Positions 8,773 to 18,039 of a DNA stretch of 39,723 nucleotides are shown here, one piece after another. Location: positions 1 through 39,723 of the forward strand of contig DAIOVT010000001.1 of the NCBI GenBank assembly GCA_036758885.1. The letters run 5' to 3'. Source of the DNA: Kineosporiaceae bacterium. Its GTDB lineage: Bacteria > Actinomycetota > Actinomycetes > Actinomycetales > Kineosporiaceae. The position numbers and the translations under genes are program-made. How positions within the stretch are numbered: the first letter of the stretch is position 1; each line of letters begins with the position of its first letter. The notes beneath the pieces were generated by a model. The model had not been told where the DNA came from and ran no database searches. It was given only the letters and a program-made list of their open reading frames with translations.

Positions 8773-9501
8773 GTGAGCCCCTACGCAGCCCTGACCACGG
8801 TGGTGGACGCCGTGCTCGGCATGGCCACCCGCCGGACCTACCGGAACCTCGACCGGATCCCGCGTACCGGACCGGTGATCGTGGTCTCGAACCATGTCTC
8901 GATCAGCGATCCACTGGTGCTGGTGTGCGCTCTGCGCCGGGCCGGACGGCGCGCGAGCTTCCTGGTGAAGGCCGACGTCTTCACCTGGCCGGTGGTCGGC
9001 ACGCTGATCCGCCGCACCGGCCAGCTTCCGGTACGTCGCGGCGCCGATCCCCGGGCGACGCTCGAGCCCGCGCTCCGGGCCCTGGCCAACGGCTGGGTGG
9101 TCGCCCTGTATCCCGAGGGCGGCATCACCACCGAACCCGACTACCGGCCGCTGCCGCAGGCGCGTACCGGCGCCGTCCGGCTGGCCCTGGCCGCGGACTG
9201 CCCGATCCTGCCGGTGGCCCAATGGGGTGCGCACAAGCTGGTCACCCGCGAGCACACCTCGTCGCTGACCCGGCCGCTGCGCTGGCTGGGCCGGCTGCGG
9301 CCCGGCCGGGTGCCGCGCCGTCCGAGGGTGGATCTGAGCGTGGGAGAGGCGATCACGGTCGGCGAGCTGCTGGCCGCCGCAGGCGGATCCGCGGACGGCG
9401 ACCCGGGAGATCTGGGCGCCGCCACCGATCTGGTGATGCGGCGGATCAAGGTGCTGCTCACCGAGATCGCGGCCGACGACCTGCCCGACCTGATCAGCTG
9501 A
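8773..9501 (+). CDS. lysophospholipid (1-acyl-sn-glycerol-3-phosphate) acyltransferase family protein
   Basis: It has the NHVSISDP (HX4D) catalytic motif and the YPEGG motif. GTG start. Confidence 0.8.
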   Translation: MSPYAALTTVVDAVLGMATRRTYRNLDRIPRTGPVIVVSNHVSISDPLVLVCALRRAGRRASFLVKADVFTWPVVGTLIRRTGQLPVRRGADPRATLEPALRALANGWVVALYPEGGITTEPDYRPLPQARTGAVRLALAADCPILPVAQWGAHKLVTREHTSSLTRPLRWLGRLRPGRVPRRPRVDLSVGEAITVGELLAAAGGSADGDPGDLGAATDLVMRRIKVLLTEIAADDLPDLIS

Positions 9502-9542
9502 TGATCGCCGCGAGAGTCGCGATCTTGGTCGACCGGCGGCAC

Positions 9543-9803
9543 TCAGTGCGAGACCGGAGGGTGGTCCTTCGGGTCGAAGTCCTCGGGGACGGCGACGGGC
9601 CGGGCCCGGGCCCAGATCGCGAAGACCGCGCCGGCCACGAGCAGTGCCAGCCCGGCCCACAGGTTGGCGTTCACGCCGCCGGTCTTGTCCAGTTCCTTGT
9701 CACCGAACAGGCCCATGGCGGTGAGGACGACGCCGTAGACCAGCAGCAGCAGGCCGATGATGTTGCGGATGTCGAGGGCGCCCGCACTGTGCGAGGAGGC
9801 CAT
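9543..9803 (-). CDS. small two-TM membrane protein, hypothetical
   Basis: 86 aa with two clear hydrophobic helices. A strong AAGGGGGTGG SD is present. It lies 36 nt downstream of the symporter gene on the same strand. Confidence 0.5.
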   Translation of the reverse strand: MASSHSAGALDIRNIIGLLLLVYGVVLTAMGLFGDKELDKTGGVNANLWAGLALLVAGAVFAIWARARPVAVPEDFDPKDHPPVSH

Positions 9804-9839
9804 CCGGCCACCCCCTTTCCGAGGTCTTCAGTTGCGCGA

Positions 9840-11537
9840 TCAGAACAGCAGGTTGAGCACGATCACCATCGCCGCGGCCAGACCGGCCAGCGGCACCGTG
9901 CGCCGGTACCAGGGCAGGGTGTGTTCGTGCGGGTCGGTGAGTTGCTCCTTCGGGGTCTCGGAGTAGACCAGGCCGACCAGTTCGGCGTCGGGTTTCGGGC
10001 GGGTCACCATGCTCACCACGTAACTGACCACCACGTCGACGACAAAAGCCGTTGAGGCAGAGAGGAATGCGGCTCCCTGACCGGGCAGATCGAGCGGTCC
10101 CCACTCGTTCGTCGCCCATACCGCGATCGCCGAGAGCGTTCCGGCGACCAGACCGGCCCAGCCCGCCGTCGGGGTCATCCGCTTCCAGAACATGCCGAGA
10201 ATGAAGGTGGCGAACAACGGTGCGTTGAAGAAGCCGAAAAGGGTCTGCAGATAGGCCATCACGTTGCTGAAGTTGCCGGCGATCGACGCGGTCAGGATCG
10301 CGATGAACGTCGCCGCCACGGTCGCGAACCGGCCGATCCTGAGGTAGTAGTCGTCACCACGGTCCTTGACCGCATATCGCTGCCAGAGGTCGTAGGAGAA
10401 CACCGTGTTGAAGGCGGAGATGTTCGCCGCCATACCCGCCATGAACGCCGCCAGCAGACCCGTGATGGCAAGCCCCAGAAGGCCGTTGGGAAGAACGTCG
10501 CGCATCAGCAGCAGCAGCGCGTCGTTGTAGGTGACGTCGCCGCTGGAGCCGCCGGGAACCGCCTGCCCGGCCTTGGTGCGGGCGATCTCGCTGACCAGGA
10601 CTGCCGCGATCATGCCCGGAATGATGGTGATGAACGGGATGAACATCTTCGGGAAGGCACCGATGATCGGTGTCTTGCGGGCCGCCGAGATCGAGTTCGA
10701 CGCCAGCGCCCGCTGCACCTCGACGAAGTTCGTCGTCCAGTAGCCGAAGGAGAGCACGAAGCCGAGGCCGAAGACGATGCCGATCACCGACAGGAACGAG
10801 GAGTCGAACCCCGAAAGCGCCTGTCCCGGCCAGGAGTTGAGCTGCTGCTCGGGCGGCGGGCCGACGCCGGAGTTCGCCGAGGCGGTGATCTTCTCGGTGA
10901 GGCCGCTCCAGCCACCGACCCGGTGCAGACCGATCAACGTGATCGGCAACAGCGAGGCGACGATGACGAAGAACTGCAGCACCTCGTTGTAGATCGCCGC
11001 CGACAGCCCGCCCAGGGTGATGTACGACAGCACGATCAGCGCGGCGACGATCAGCGCCAGCCACATCGGCCAGCCGAGCAGCGCGACCACGATCGAGCCG
11101 AGCAGGAACAGGTTCACCCCGGCGATCAGCAACTGCGCCAAGGCGAACGAGATCGCGTTGACCAGGTGTGCCCCGGTGCCGAACCGGCGGAGCATGAACT
11201 CCGGCACCGACCGCACCTGCGAGCCGTAGTAGAACGGCATCATCACGACGCCGAGGAACAGCATCGCCGGAATGGCACCGACCCAGAAGTAGTGCACCGT
11301 GGGCAGGCCGATCTCGGCACCGGTGGCCGACATGCCCATGATCTCGACGGCACCGAGATTCGCCGAGATGAACGCCAGCCCGGTGACCCAGGCGGGCAGT
11401 GATCGCCCGGAGAGGAAGAAGTCGAGCGAGTCCGAGACCTGCCGCCGCGCCATGAACCCGATGCCGAGCACGAACCCGAAGTAGGTGATGAGAATCAGGT
11501 AGTCGACGGCATTGGCCTTGATCAAAGTGTCGCCCAA
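9840..11537 (-). CDS. sodium:solute symporter (SSS/SGLT-type), probable inositol or sugar importer
   Basis: 565 aa with about 13-14 TM segments. The N-terminus FFLSGRSLPAW..G.AF.SANLGA.E..G is typical of the SSS family. TTG start with a GAGGGGG SD. It is co-oriented directly downstream of iolD. Confidence 0.85.
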   Translation of the reverse strand: MGDTLIKANAVDYLILITYFGFVLGIGFMARRQVSDSLDFFLSGRSLPAWVTGLAFISANLGAVEIMGMSATGAEIGLPTVHYFWVGAIPAMLFLGVVMMPFYYGSQVRSVPEFMLRRFGTGAHLVNAISFALAQLLIAGVNLFLLGSIVVALLGWPMWLALIVAALIVLSYITLGGLSAAIYNEVLQFFVIVASLLPITLIGLHRVGGWSGLTEKITASANSGVGPPPEQQLNSWPGQALSGFDSSFLSVIGIVFGLGFVLSFGYWTTNFVEVQRALASNSISAARKTPIIGAFPKMFIPFITIIPGMIAAVLVSEIARTKAGQAVPGGSSGDVTYNDALLLLMRDVLPNGLLGLAITGLLAAFMAGMAANISAFNTVFSYDLWQRYAVKDRGDDYYLRIGRFATVAATFIAILTASIAGNFSNVMAYLQTLFGFFNAPLFATFILGMFWKRMTPTAGWAGLVAGTLSAIAVWATNEWGPLDLPGQGAAFLSASTAFVVDVVVSYVVSMVTRPKPDAELVGLVYSETPKEQLTDPHEHTLPWYRRTVPLAGLAAAMVIVLNLLF

Positions 11538-11710
11538 GGCGGCCCCCTCGCTTGCCCAGGGGTCGGCGGCGCCCGCTCGAGGTGTCCCGGCCCTGCGATC
11601 TGTCGAAGGTCACTGCACATCGCAGGCTAGACCCGGACGACTACCTATGGAACGGCTCAATGCGGCGCAAACTGGACAATCGGGGATTGGTGGTTCTCGG
11701 ACTCCCGCGA

Positions 11711-13630
11711 TCAGTTGAGCCAGCGCACCTGCTCTGGCTTGTGCGCGAGGTAGTCGGCACGACCCGAAAGGCCCTCGGGCACGCCGACCTCCCACCAGGC
11801 ACCGGCCTCGGTCCAGGTGGCCGGATGCGTCCGGCAGAGCACCGCCACCGGACGGCGCGTGCGCCGGGCGGTCTCCTTGGCCCGCAGGTAGGCCGCGCGC
11901 AGGGCCTCGGTGTCCGAGCCCTCGGGAACGTCCTCGACCTCGACACCGACCGCGCGGGCGTGCGCGGCGAAGTCGACCCGCAGCTTCGACTCCGCGCCGG
12001 GACCGCGGGCGTCGTCCAAGAGGTTGTTGAAACCCTTGGCGCCCTGGCCGGTCTGCAGGCGGTGGATCACCGCGTAACCGCCGTTGTCGCAGAGCACCAT
12101 GACGAACGGATTGCCGGCGAAGGCCGCCGAGTAGAGCTCGGTGTTGAGCATCAGGTACGAGCCGTCGCCGAGCAAGGTGGTGACGATCCCGTCGGGATGG
12201 GTCAGCGCCCGGGCCATCGAGGCCCCCCACGGACCGGCCACCTCGTACCCCATGCAGGAGAAGCCGTACTCGAGATCCATCGTGGCCCCGATGGCATCGC
12301 CCCCTCCTGGGCCGGCCGTCGTCCGCCAGCCGCCGTGCACCTCGCCGGGGTAGCCGCCCGAGGAGGAGAGCACGTAGTCGTCGGGGCCACTCTCGTCGTT
12401 GACCACGCCGAGCACCTGGGCATAGCTCAGCGCCCCGTCCGGCGCGACCCCCTTGCGCAGGGTGTCGATGTGCGCGTCCCAGGCGGCCTTCTCGGTGGCG
12501 GCCCGAGCCGTCCAGTACGCATCGGCACGCCAATCCCCCAGTGCCGCAGTGAGTTCCGCCAGCACCTCGCGGGCGTCACCGACCACGGCATGGGCGTTGT
12601 GCTTGACCGCGTCGAACCGGGCCGCGTTCACCCCGATCATCGTCGCGGCCCCGTCGAAGGCGCTCCACGAGGCCGTGGTGAAGTCCTGCAACCGGGTGCC
12701 GACGGCGATCAGCACATCGGCCGCGGCGGCCAGGTTGTTCGCACCGGTCGAGCCGATGATGCCCAGGGCACCGCCGTACAGCGGTTCCCGGTGCGCGACC
12801 ACGGTGCGTCCGGCAGGGGTCTCCACCACCGGAATCCCGTGTGCCCGAGCGAGTTCCAGCAGCTGATCGGCCGCTCCCGAATAGCGCACACCGCCACCGG
12901 CGATCAACAGCGGACGGCGCCCGGCCCGGATCAGCTCGACCGCCTCGGCCAGCGCGGATGCGTCCGGACGGGGCCTCGGCACCCGGTGCAGTCTGCGCTC
13001 GAACAGCGCCACCGGGAAGGGGTAGGTCTCGGCCTGGACGTCCTGCGGCAGTGCGAGCACCACCGGGCCACAGTCGGCCGGGTCGGTAAGCACCCGGGCC
13101 ACCTGAGGCAGGGTGGACATCAGTTGTTCCGGCCGGGTGATCCGGTCGAAGTAGCGTGAGACCGCCCGGAAGGCGTCGTTCGCCGTGGTGCCCGGATCAC
13201 CGAAGTGCTCGACCTGCTGCAGCACCGGGTCGGGGCCGCGCCCGGTGAAGGTGTCCCCCGGAAGCAGCAACAGCGGCAACCGGTTCGCCAGCGCCAGCCC
13301 GGCCGCGGTGACCATGTTCAGCGCCCCGGGACCGATGGACGACGTCGCCGCCATCACCTGGCGCCGGTCGACGGCGCGGCCGTACGCCGCGGCTGCCAGG
13401 GCCATGCCCTGCTCGTTCTGCCCACGCCAGGTCGGCAGCTCCGCACGGGCCTCTTCGAGCGCCGTCCCGAGGCCGAGCACGTTGCCGTGCCCGAAGATCG
13501 CGAAGACGCCCGGGAACAGCGGTACCTCGGTACCGTCCAGCAGTTCCGAACGCTGGGCGATCATCCAGCGCACCAACGCCTGGGCGGTGGTCAGGGTGAG
13601 GGTGCGCCCCTCGGCGTGGTCAGCGCTCAT
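11711..13630 (-). CDS. iolD: 3D-(3,5/4)-trihydroxycyclohexane-1,2-dione acylhydrolase (ThDP-dependent)
   Basis: 639 aa ThDP-enzyme architecture. The N-terminus LTTAQALVRWM..Q........PLF.GVFAIFGHGNV is characteristic of IolD, and the gene sits in an iolC/iolB context. Confidence 0.9.
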   Translation of the reverse strand: MSADHAEGRTLTLTTAQALVRWMIAQRSELLDGTEVPLFPGVFAIFGHGNVLGLGTALEEARAELPTWRGQNEQGMALAAAAYGRAVDRRQVMAATSSIGPGALNMVTAAGLALANRLPLLLLPGDTFTGRGPDPVLQQVEHFGDPGTTANDAFRAVSRYFDRITRPEQLMSTLPQVARVLTDPADCGPVVLALPQDVQAETYPFPVALFERRLHRVPRPRPDASALAEAVELIRAGRRPLLIAGGGVRYSGAADQLLELARAHGIPVVETPAGRTVVAHREPLYGGALGIIGSTGANNLAAAADVLIAVGTRLQDFTTASWSAFDGAATMIGVNAARFDAVKHNAHAVVGDAREVLAELTAALGDWRADAYWTARAATEKAAWDAHIDTLRKGVAPDGALSYAQVLGVVNDESGPDDYVLSSSGGYPGEVHGGWRTTAGPGGGDAIGATMDLEYGFSCMGYEVAGPWGASMARALTHPDGIVTTLLGDGSYLMLNTELYSAAFAGNPFVMVLCDNGGYAVIHRLQTGQGAKGFNNLLDDARGPGAESKLRVDFAAHARAVGVEVEDVPEGSDTEALRAAYLRAKETARRTRRPVAVLCRTHPATWTEAGAWWEVGVPEGLSGRADYLAHKPEQVRWLN

Positions 13631-13678
13631 CGGGTCTCCAAAGCGGTTGAGCTACAACGGTCCGGGCGGCGGTATCGG

Positions 13679-14662
13679 TCAGTCTCCGGTGCGGCCCTCG
13701 GCCGTGGTGACCGGGCAGCGGGGGTCGAGCGGCAGGTCGGCCCAGGAACCCCGGATCCAGGTGTGGGCCGGGTCGTCACAGAAGGCCATCGACCGTTCCG
13801 GGTCGGGGCCGGCCATCACGTTGAGGTAGTACATCGGGTAGCCGTGCGCGGCGACGCACGGGCCGTGGTAGCCGTGCGGCACCAGTGCGACGTCACCGTC
13901 GCGAACCTCGAGGAACACGTCGAGTTCGGCCAGGCCGGCCGCCGTGTGCTCGGCACCGGTATAGGTGCGGTGATAGCCGAAACCCTCACGGCTGGGGGTG
14001 ATCTGGTCGGGTCCGGCGATCTTGAAGAAGTAGATCTCCTCGTTCACCACGGGGCACGGCGCCGAGGCGTCGTGCTTGTGCGGCGGGTAGCTCGACCAGT
14101 TGCCGGGCGGCGTGATCAGCTCGACAGCGATCAGCTTCTCGGCGTGGTCCCACAGCCCCGGGACGCCGAACCCGTTGACCTGCCGGGTGGCGGTGCCGGA
14201 TCCGCGGAGCTCGACCGCCACCGCGTCGGCCGGCCCGTAGCGCGACTCGAGCCGGCCCTCGCAACGGGAGGACGGCAGGGCGATCTCGGCGTCCGTCGAC
14301 GAGACCAGGGTGACGTCGCTGTCGCGGCCGACATAGACGAAGTCGGTGACCCGGGTGAAGACCGAGTCGCGGCCGGTCACCCGGTAGCTCGCCTCGACGG
14401 AGCCGGCACCGAACGGGGAGATCTCCACGCTGAACCCACCGGCCAGGGGCAGCAGGAACATCTCGTTCTCACCCGTCGAGAACCGATGGGCCACACCGGC
14501 TTTCAGCTGGAGCACGGAGAGCCCGCAGTACGTCCAGCCGGCCTTCTGCGGGCTCAGCGAGATCGGCTCCCCGGCGTCCGGGCCCGGCACCGACCCCCAG
14601 GGCAGGTGCAGGTCACTGGGGCCCGCCGGGCTCGCAGCCCCCGTCGGCGTCGATCCGGTCAT
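13679..14662 (-). CDS. iolB: 5-deoxy-glucuronate isomerase
   Basis: Cupin-type sequence (..SYPPHKHD....EE.YFF..). ATG 14662 overlaps the upstream stop (ATGA). The 46-residue Arg/Gly-rich extension in the ORF track is rejected. Confidence 0.85.
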   Translation of the reverse strand: MTGSTPTGAASPAGPSDLHLPWGSVPGPDAGEPISLSPQKAGWTYCGLSVLQLKAGVAHRFSTGENEMFLLPLAGGFSVEISPFGAGSVEASYRVTGRDSVFTRVTDFVYVGRDSDVTLVSSTDAEIALPSSRCEGRLESRYGPADAVAVELRGSGTATRQVNGFGVPGLWDHAEKLIAVELITPPGNWSSYPPHKHDASAPCPVVNEEIYFFKIAGPDQITPSREGFGYHRTYTGAEHTAAGLAELDVFLEVRDGDVALVPHGYHGPCVAAHGYPMYYLNVMAGPDPERSMAFCDDPAHTWIRGSWADLPLDPRCPVTTAEGRTGD

Positions 14663-15570
14663 CCGTTCTTCTCCTTCGCTGCCCGTAGCACCCGGGCCGC
14701 CGCGTCCACCGCGCCGGCCACGTCGCCGTCCGAGGGGTACAACAACGAGCGGCCGACCACCAAACCGCGTACGACGTCCGACCGCAACGTCGAACCCCAT
14801 GCCTCCAGATCGCTCTCCAGATCGGGGCCGGGAACCCCGCCGAGCACGACGCAGGGCAAAGTCGTTGCGGCATAGACCACTTCGGGCTGATCACAAGCCG
14901 GCAGCTTCAACCAGGTGTAAGCGCTAGAGGTACCCAGGGCCGATGCCACCGTCACCGCCCGGACCAGCGACTCGGCATCACGCAGCAGCTGTAGTCCGCC
15001 GGCCGGGTCCCTGGTGTAGGGCAGCGGCTCGACCATCGCGATCAGCCGGCGTGAGGCGAGGTCGCCGACGGCCGACGCACAGGCCTGAATCGTCGGTGCC
15101 ACACCGGGATCTGCGTCATCGATGCGGAGCAGCATCTTTCCGCCCTCGAGCCCGAACGCCTCGATCGAGGCGGCGTCGTAGCCGGTGAACCGATCGTCCA
15201 TGGTCCAGACGGCACCGTCGAGACCACCCCGGTTCATCGAGCCGATCACGATCTTGTTCTCGAGGGCACCGAGCAGCAGCAGCTCCTCCACCACATCCGG
15301 CGAGCCGAGTACGCCGTCGACGTCCGGGTGGGCCAGCGCGGTGAGCAGCCGGTCAAGCATCACCCGCCGGTCGGCCATCGCCATCGGGTCGCCGCCGCTG
15401 CGCAGCGCCCCCCGCGCGGGATGATCGGCCGCGACCAGGAACACGGTGCCACGCTGGTTGAATCGAGCAGCTGGACGGCGCCGCGCGGCGTAGGCCTGGG
15501 CGATCCGCTCGGGCTCGAAAGTGCGCTGTCTGAGCAGCTCGGCCCACTGCGCGTCGGATATCGCCGTCAT
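14659..15570 (-). CDS. Cgl0159/DeoC-LacD-like (beta/alpha)8 protein, probable 5-dehydro-2-deoxyphosphogluconate aldolase (IolJ role)
   Basis: 303 aa class-I-aldolase-like barrel (..AYTWLKLP..). It sits between iolC and iolB, as in other actinobacterial iol clusters. The role is inferred from position. Confidence 0.65.
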   Translation of the reverse strand: MTAISDAQWAELLRQRTFEPERIAQAYAARRRPAARFNQRGTVFLVAADHPARGALRSGGDPMAMADRRVMLDRLLTALAHPDVDGVLGSPDVVEELLLLGALENKIVIGSMNRGGLDGAVWTMDDRFTGYDAASIEAFGLEGGKMLLRIDDADPGVAPTIQACASAVGDLASRRLIAMVEPLPYTRDPAGGLQLLRDAESLVRAVTVASALGTSSAYTWLKLPACDQPEVVYAATTLPCVVLGGVPGPDLESDLEAWGSTLRSDVVRGLVVGRSLLYPSDGDVAGAVDAAARVLRAAKEKNG

Positions 15571-15580
15571 CGCCGCACCG

Positions 15581-16564
15581 TCACCGTTCGCCGTTCATCG
15601 CCGCACCGGCCCGGGCCAGTTGCTGCTCGAGCTCCTCGATGGTCGGCATCGCGTCGGCACAGGCCAGCCGGGAGGCCACGATCGCACCGGCGGCGTTGCC
15701 GTACTCCGCGCTGCGGGCCGGGTCCCAGCCGCTGAGCAGTCCGTGCACCATCGCCGCCCCGAAAGCGTCTCCGGCACCGAGCCCGTTCACCACGTCGATC
15801 CGTTGTGGCGCAACGGTTGTCATGGCTTCATCGGTGGCCACGAGCACGCCGTCCGCACCCATCTTCACGATCGCGATCTCGACACCGCGATCGAGCAACC
15901 GGCGCGCAGCCTCGCGCGGCTCGGCGGTGCCGACCGCAACCTCCACCTCGGCGCGGTTGCCCACCGCCACGTTGACGAAGTCGAGCATCCGGCCGTACTC
16001 ACCGCGGGCCTGTTCCACCGAGATCCAGAACGAGGGCCGCCAGTCGAGGTCGAGAACCGAGAAGCGTCCGGACCCGGCCGCCGGCCGGCCACGCCGGGCC
16101 AGCATCTCCAGCTGGGTCGACCGCGAGGTCTCCATCGAGGCCCCGGTCGCGGTGACCCACAGCAGTCGTACCGATCCCACCTCGGGCCAGGGCACGTCGT
16201 CCGGGGTCAGGGTGAGATCGGGCGCGACCGGCAGCCGGTAGAAGGTGAGCGGGGGATCCTCCGGCGGGTTGAGTTCGCAGAAGGCGATCGGGGTCTGCAG
16301 CCCGGGGGCGTCGCCGACGTACTGCGGGTCGACCCCGAAACCGAGCATCGCCTGACGCACGAACGAGCCGAACCCGTCGCGGCCGACCTTGGTCAGTACC
16401 GCACTGCGATGCCCGAGCCGAGAGGCGCCGACCGCGACGTTGGTCGCCGTGCCACCGAGGAACTTGGCGAACGTCCGCACCTCGGCCAGCGGCACCCCGG
16501 ACTGTTCCGGGTAGAGGTCCACCCCGACCCGCCCCACGGCCAGAACGTCCAGCGATTCACTCAC
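15581..16564 (-). CDS. iolC: 5-dehydro-2-deoxygluconokinase (PfkB family)
   Basis: It has LDVLAVGRVGVDLYP, GGTATNVAVG and the C-terminal GAGDAF motif. The ORF track starts at ATG 16615. I prefer GTG 16564 because 16565-16615 forms a complete operator/-35/-10 cassette (see promoter feature). Confidence 0.85.
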   Translation of the reverse strand: MSESLDVLAVGRVGVDLYPEQSGVPLAEVRTFAKFLGGTATNVAVGASRLGHRSAVLTKVGRDGFGSFVRQAMLGFGVDPQYVGDAPGLQTPIAFCELNPPEDPPLTFYRLPVAPDLTLTPDDVPWPEVGSVRLLWVTATGASMETSRSTQLEMLARRGRPAAGSGRFSVLDLDWRPSFWISVEQARGEYGRMLDFVNVAVGNRAEVEVAVGTAEPREAARRLLDRGVEIAIVKMGADGVLVATDEAMTTVAPQRIDVVNGLGAGDAFGAAMVHGLLSGWDPARSAEYGNAAGAIVASRLACADAMPTIEELEQQLARAGAAMNGER

Positions 16565-16615
16565 GGACCCATCCAACGCGGCGACCGCGCGACTGTCAAC
16601 ACTTTGTCCTAACAT
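16565..16615 (-). promoter_or_regulatory. iolC promoter with upstream TGT-N4-ACA operator (leaderless arrangement)
   Basis: Minus strand reads ATGTTAGGACAA-agtg-TTGACA-17 nt-TTGGAT-6 nt-GTG(16564). Confidence 0.45.
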
Positions 16616-16623
16616 TACGACAC

Positions 16624-17029
16624 CCCGTGATCATGCAGAACCGCACGCCAACCCCGGCGTGATCATGCAGAACCGCACAACCCACCCGAGCGTGATCATG
16701 CAGAAGTGCACGGAGAAGGTGAGCATGCCCTGAAGGCGCGGCCCTCAACCTCCCCGTGATCATGCAGAACTGCACGTCGAGGCGTTCAGTAGCGGCGCTC
16801 GCACGACCAACCTCTGCCACCGTGCACTTCTGCATGATCACGAAGGCGTTGGTGGCTGCGGACCCACGGTACGGGCGTCGAGCTCCGCGCATTTTCTGCA
16901 TGATCACGGGTTGGTGGTGTGGTCACGCACGCGTGAGAGGCAGGGCATTCCGTGCACTTCTGCATGATCACGCCGGGGCTTTGCGGTTCTGCATGATCAC
17001 GCTGGGGTGCGGTTCTGCATGATCACGGG
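16624..17029. repeat. palindromically organised array of nine copies of the motif C-GTGATCATGCAGAA-NN-GCAC
   Basis: Forward copies are at 16627-46, 16659-78, 16692-711 and 16756-75. Inverted copies are at 16822-41, 16887-907, 16952-71, 16981-17000 and 17007-26. The 15-mer CGTGATCATGCAGAA is invariant in all nine. Degenerate copies lie between them, for example at 16719-38. Confidence 0.95.
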
Positions 17030-18039
17030 TAGAGGGGTGGCTTGGGCATCAGTTCGACGGTGGCGCGCTCCCCGGAGGCGAGGGCGGTGAGGCCGGCGTC
17101 GGCGACCACCTGGGCCGCGTAGCCGTCCCAGGCGCTGGGGCCGGAGGCCGGCCGGCCGGCGGCCACGCCGTCCACCCATTCCTGCAGTTCGATGTCGTAG
17201 GCCCGGGCGAACCGCTCACGCCAGTCGTCGGGGACCGATCCCGCCACGGTGCCTCCTGCCCGTACGGCCACCGGTGAGGAGTCGTTGAGCGCGACGGTGC
17301 CCTCCTCGCCGACGATCTCGCCGCGGATGTCGTAGCCGTAGCGGATGTTCACCGATACCTCGACGTCGACGATCGCACCGCCGGCCATCTCGAAGAGCAC
17401 CAGCAAGGGATCCTGCAGGTCCCCGCCGTTCTTGCTCTTGCGCGGAACCAGGACCCGGACGGCGCTGATCTCCTCGCCGAAAAGCCACCGTGCCAGGTCG
17501 ATCTCGTGCACCGCGGTGTCGACGATCATCATTTCCTTGACGTAGTGCCCCGGCACCGAGGGGTTGCGGTGCGCGCAGTGCATCATCAGCGGGGCGCCGA
17601 TGCGTCCGGCGTCGAGCACTTGTTTCATGGCGCGATACTGCGGGTCGTAGCGGCGCATGAAGCCGACCTGCACCAGACGTGACCCGTGCGCCTCCTCGGC
17701 CTCGACGATCCGGGCGCAGGCGTCGCGGGTGTCCGCCAACGGCTTCTCGCAGAACACCGGCTTGCCGGCCGCGATCGCGGCGGTGACGTACTGCTCGTGA
17801 CTGCCGCCCCACGAGGTGACCAGCACCGCATCGACGTCCGGCGCCTCGATCGCCTCCTCACCGGCGGCGTAGGCCTTGGCCCCGACCCCGGCGGCGACTT
17901 CGCGCGCCCGGTCGGCGTCGACGTCGCTGACCGCCACGACCGACACCCCGGCCAGCACGCTCGACAGCCGGCGGATGTGGTCCTGACCGATCATGCCGAC
18001 ACCGATGACCGCTACCCGAACTGGCTCCCGCGCACCCAT
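17023..18039 (-). CDS. iolG: inositol 2-dehydrogenase (Gfo/Idh/MocA family)
   Basis: It has VRVAVIGVGMIGQDH (Rossmann fold), FCEKPLA, and the GFMRRYDP and HEID motifs typical of IolG. The stop TGA lies inside repeat copy 9. I prefer ATG 18039 over ATG 18048, which lies inside the putative -10. Confidence 0.85.
   Translation of the reverse strand: MGAREPVRVAVIGVGMIGQDHIRRLSSVLAGVSVVAVSDVDADRAREVAAGVGAKAYAAGEEAIEAPDVDAVLVTSWGGSHEQYVTAAIAAGKPVFCEKPLADTRDACARIVEAEEAHGSRLVQVGFMRRYDPQYRAMKQVLDAGRIGAPLMMHCAHRNPSVPGHYVKEMMIVDTAVHEIDLARWLFGEEISAVRVLVPRKSKNGGDLQDPLLVLFEMAGGAIVDVEVSVNIRYGYDIRGEIVGEEGTVALNDSSPVAVRAGGTVAGSVPDDWRERFARAYDIELQEWVDGVAAGRPASGPSAWDGYAAQVVADAGLTALASGERATVELMPKPPLYP

Noticed and set aside
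16596-17022. Three track ORFs (103, 88 and 61 aa) with recurring MIMQ.. / FCMIT peptides inside the repeat array
   Set aside because: Their starts and repeated peptides arise because the motif GTGATCATG contains start codons. The ORFs overlap each other on both strands and have no SD or protein-like composition.
16624-17029. CRISPR array interpretation of the repeat cluster
   Set aside because: The repeats are only about 20 nt. Spacers range from 6 to 46 nt. Orientation flips in the middle. Spacers are homologous to each other in reverse complement. No cas genes are nearby.
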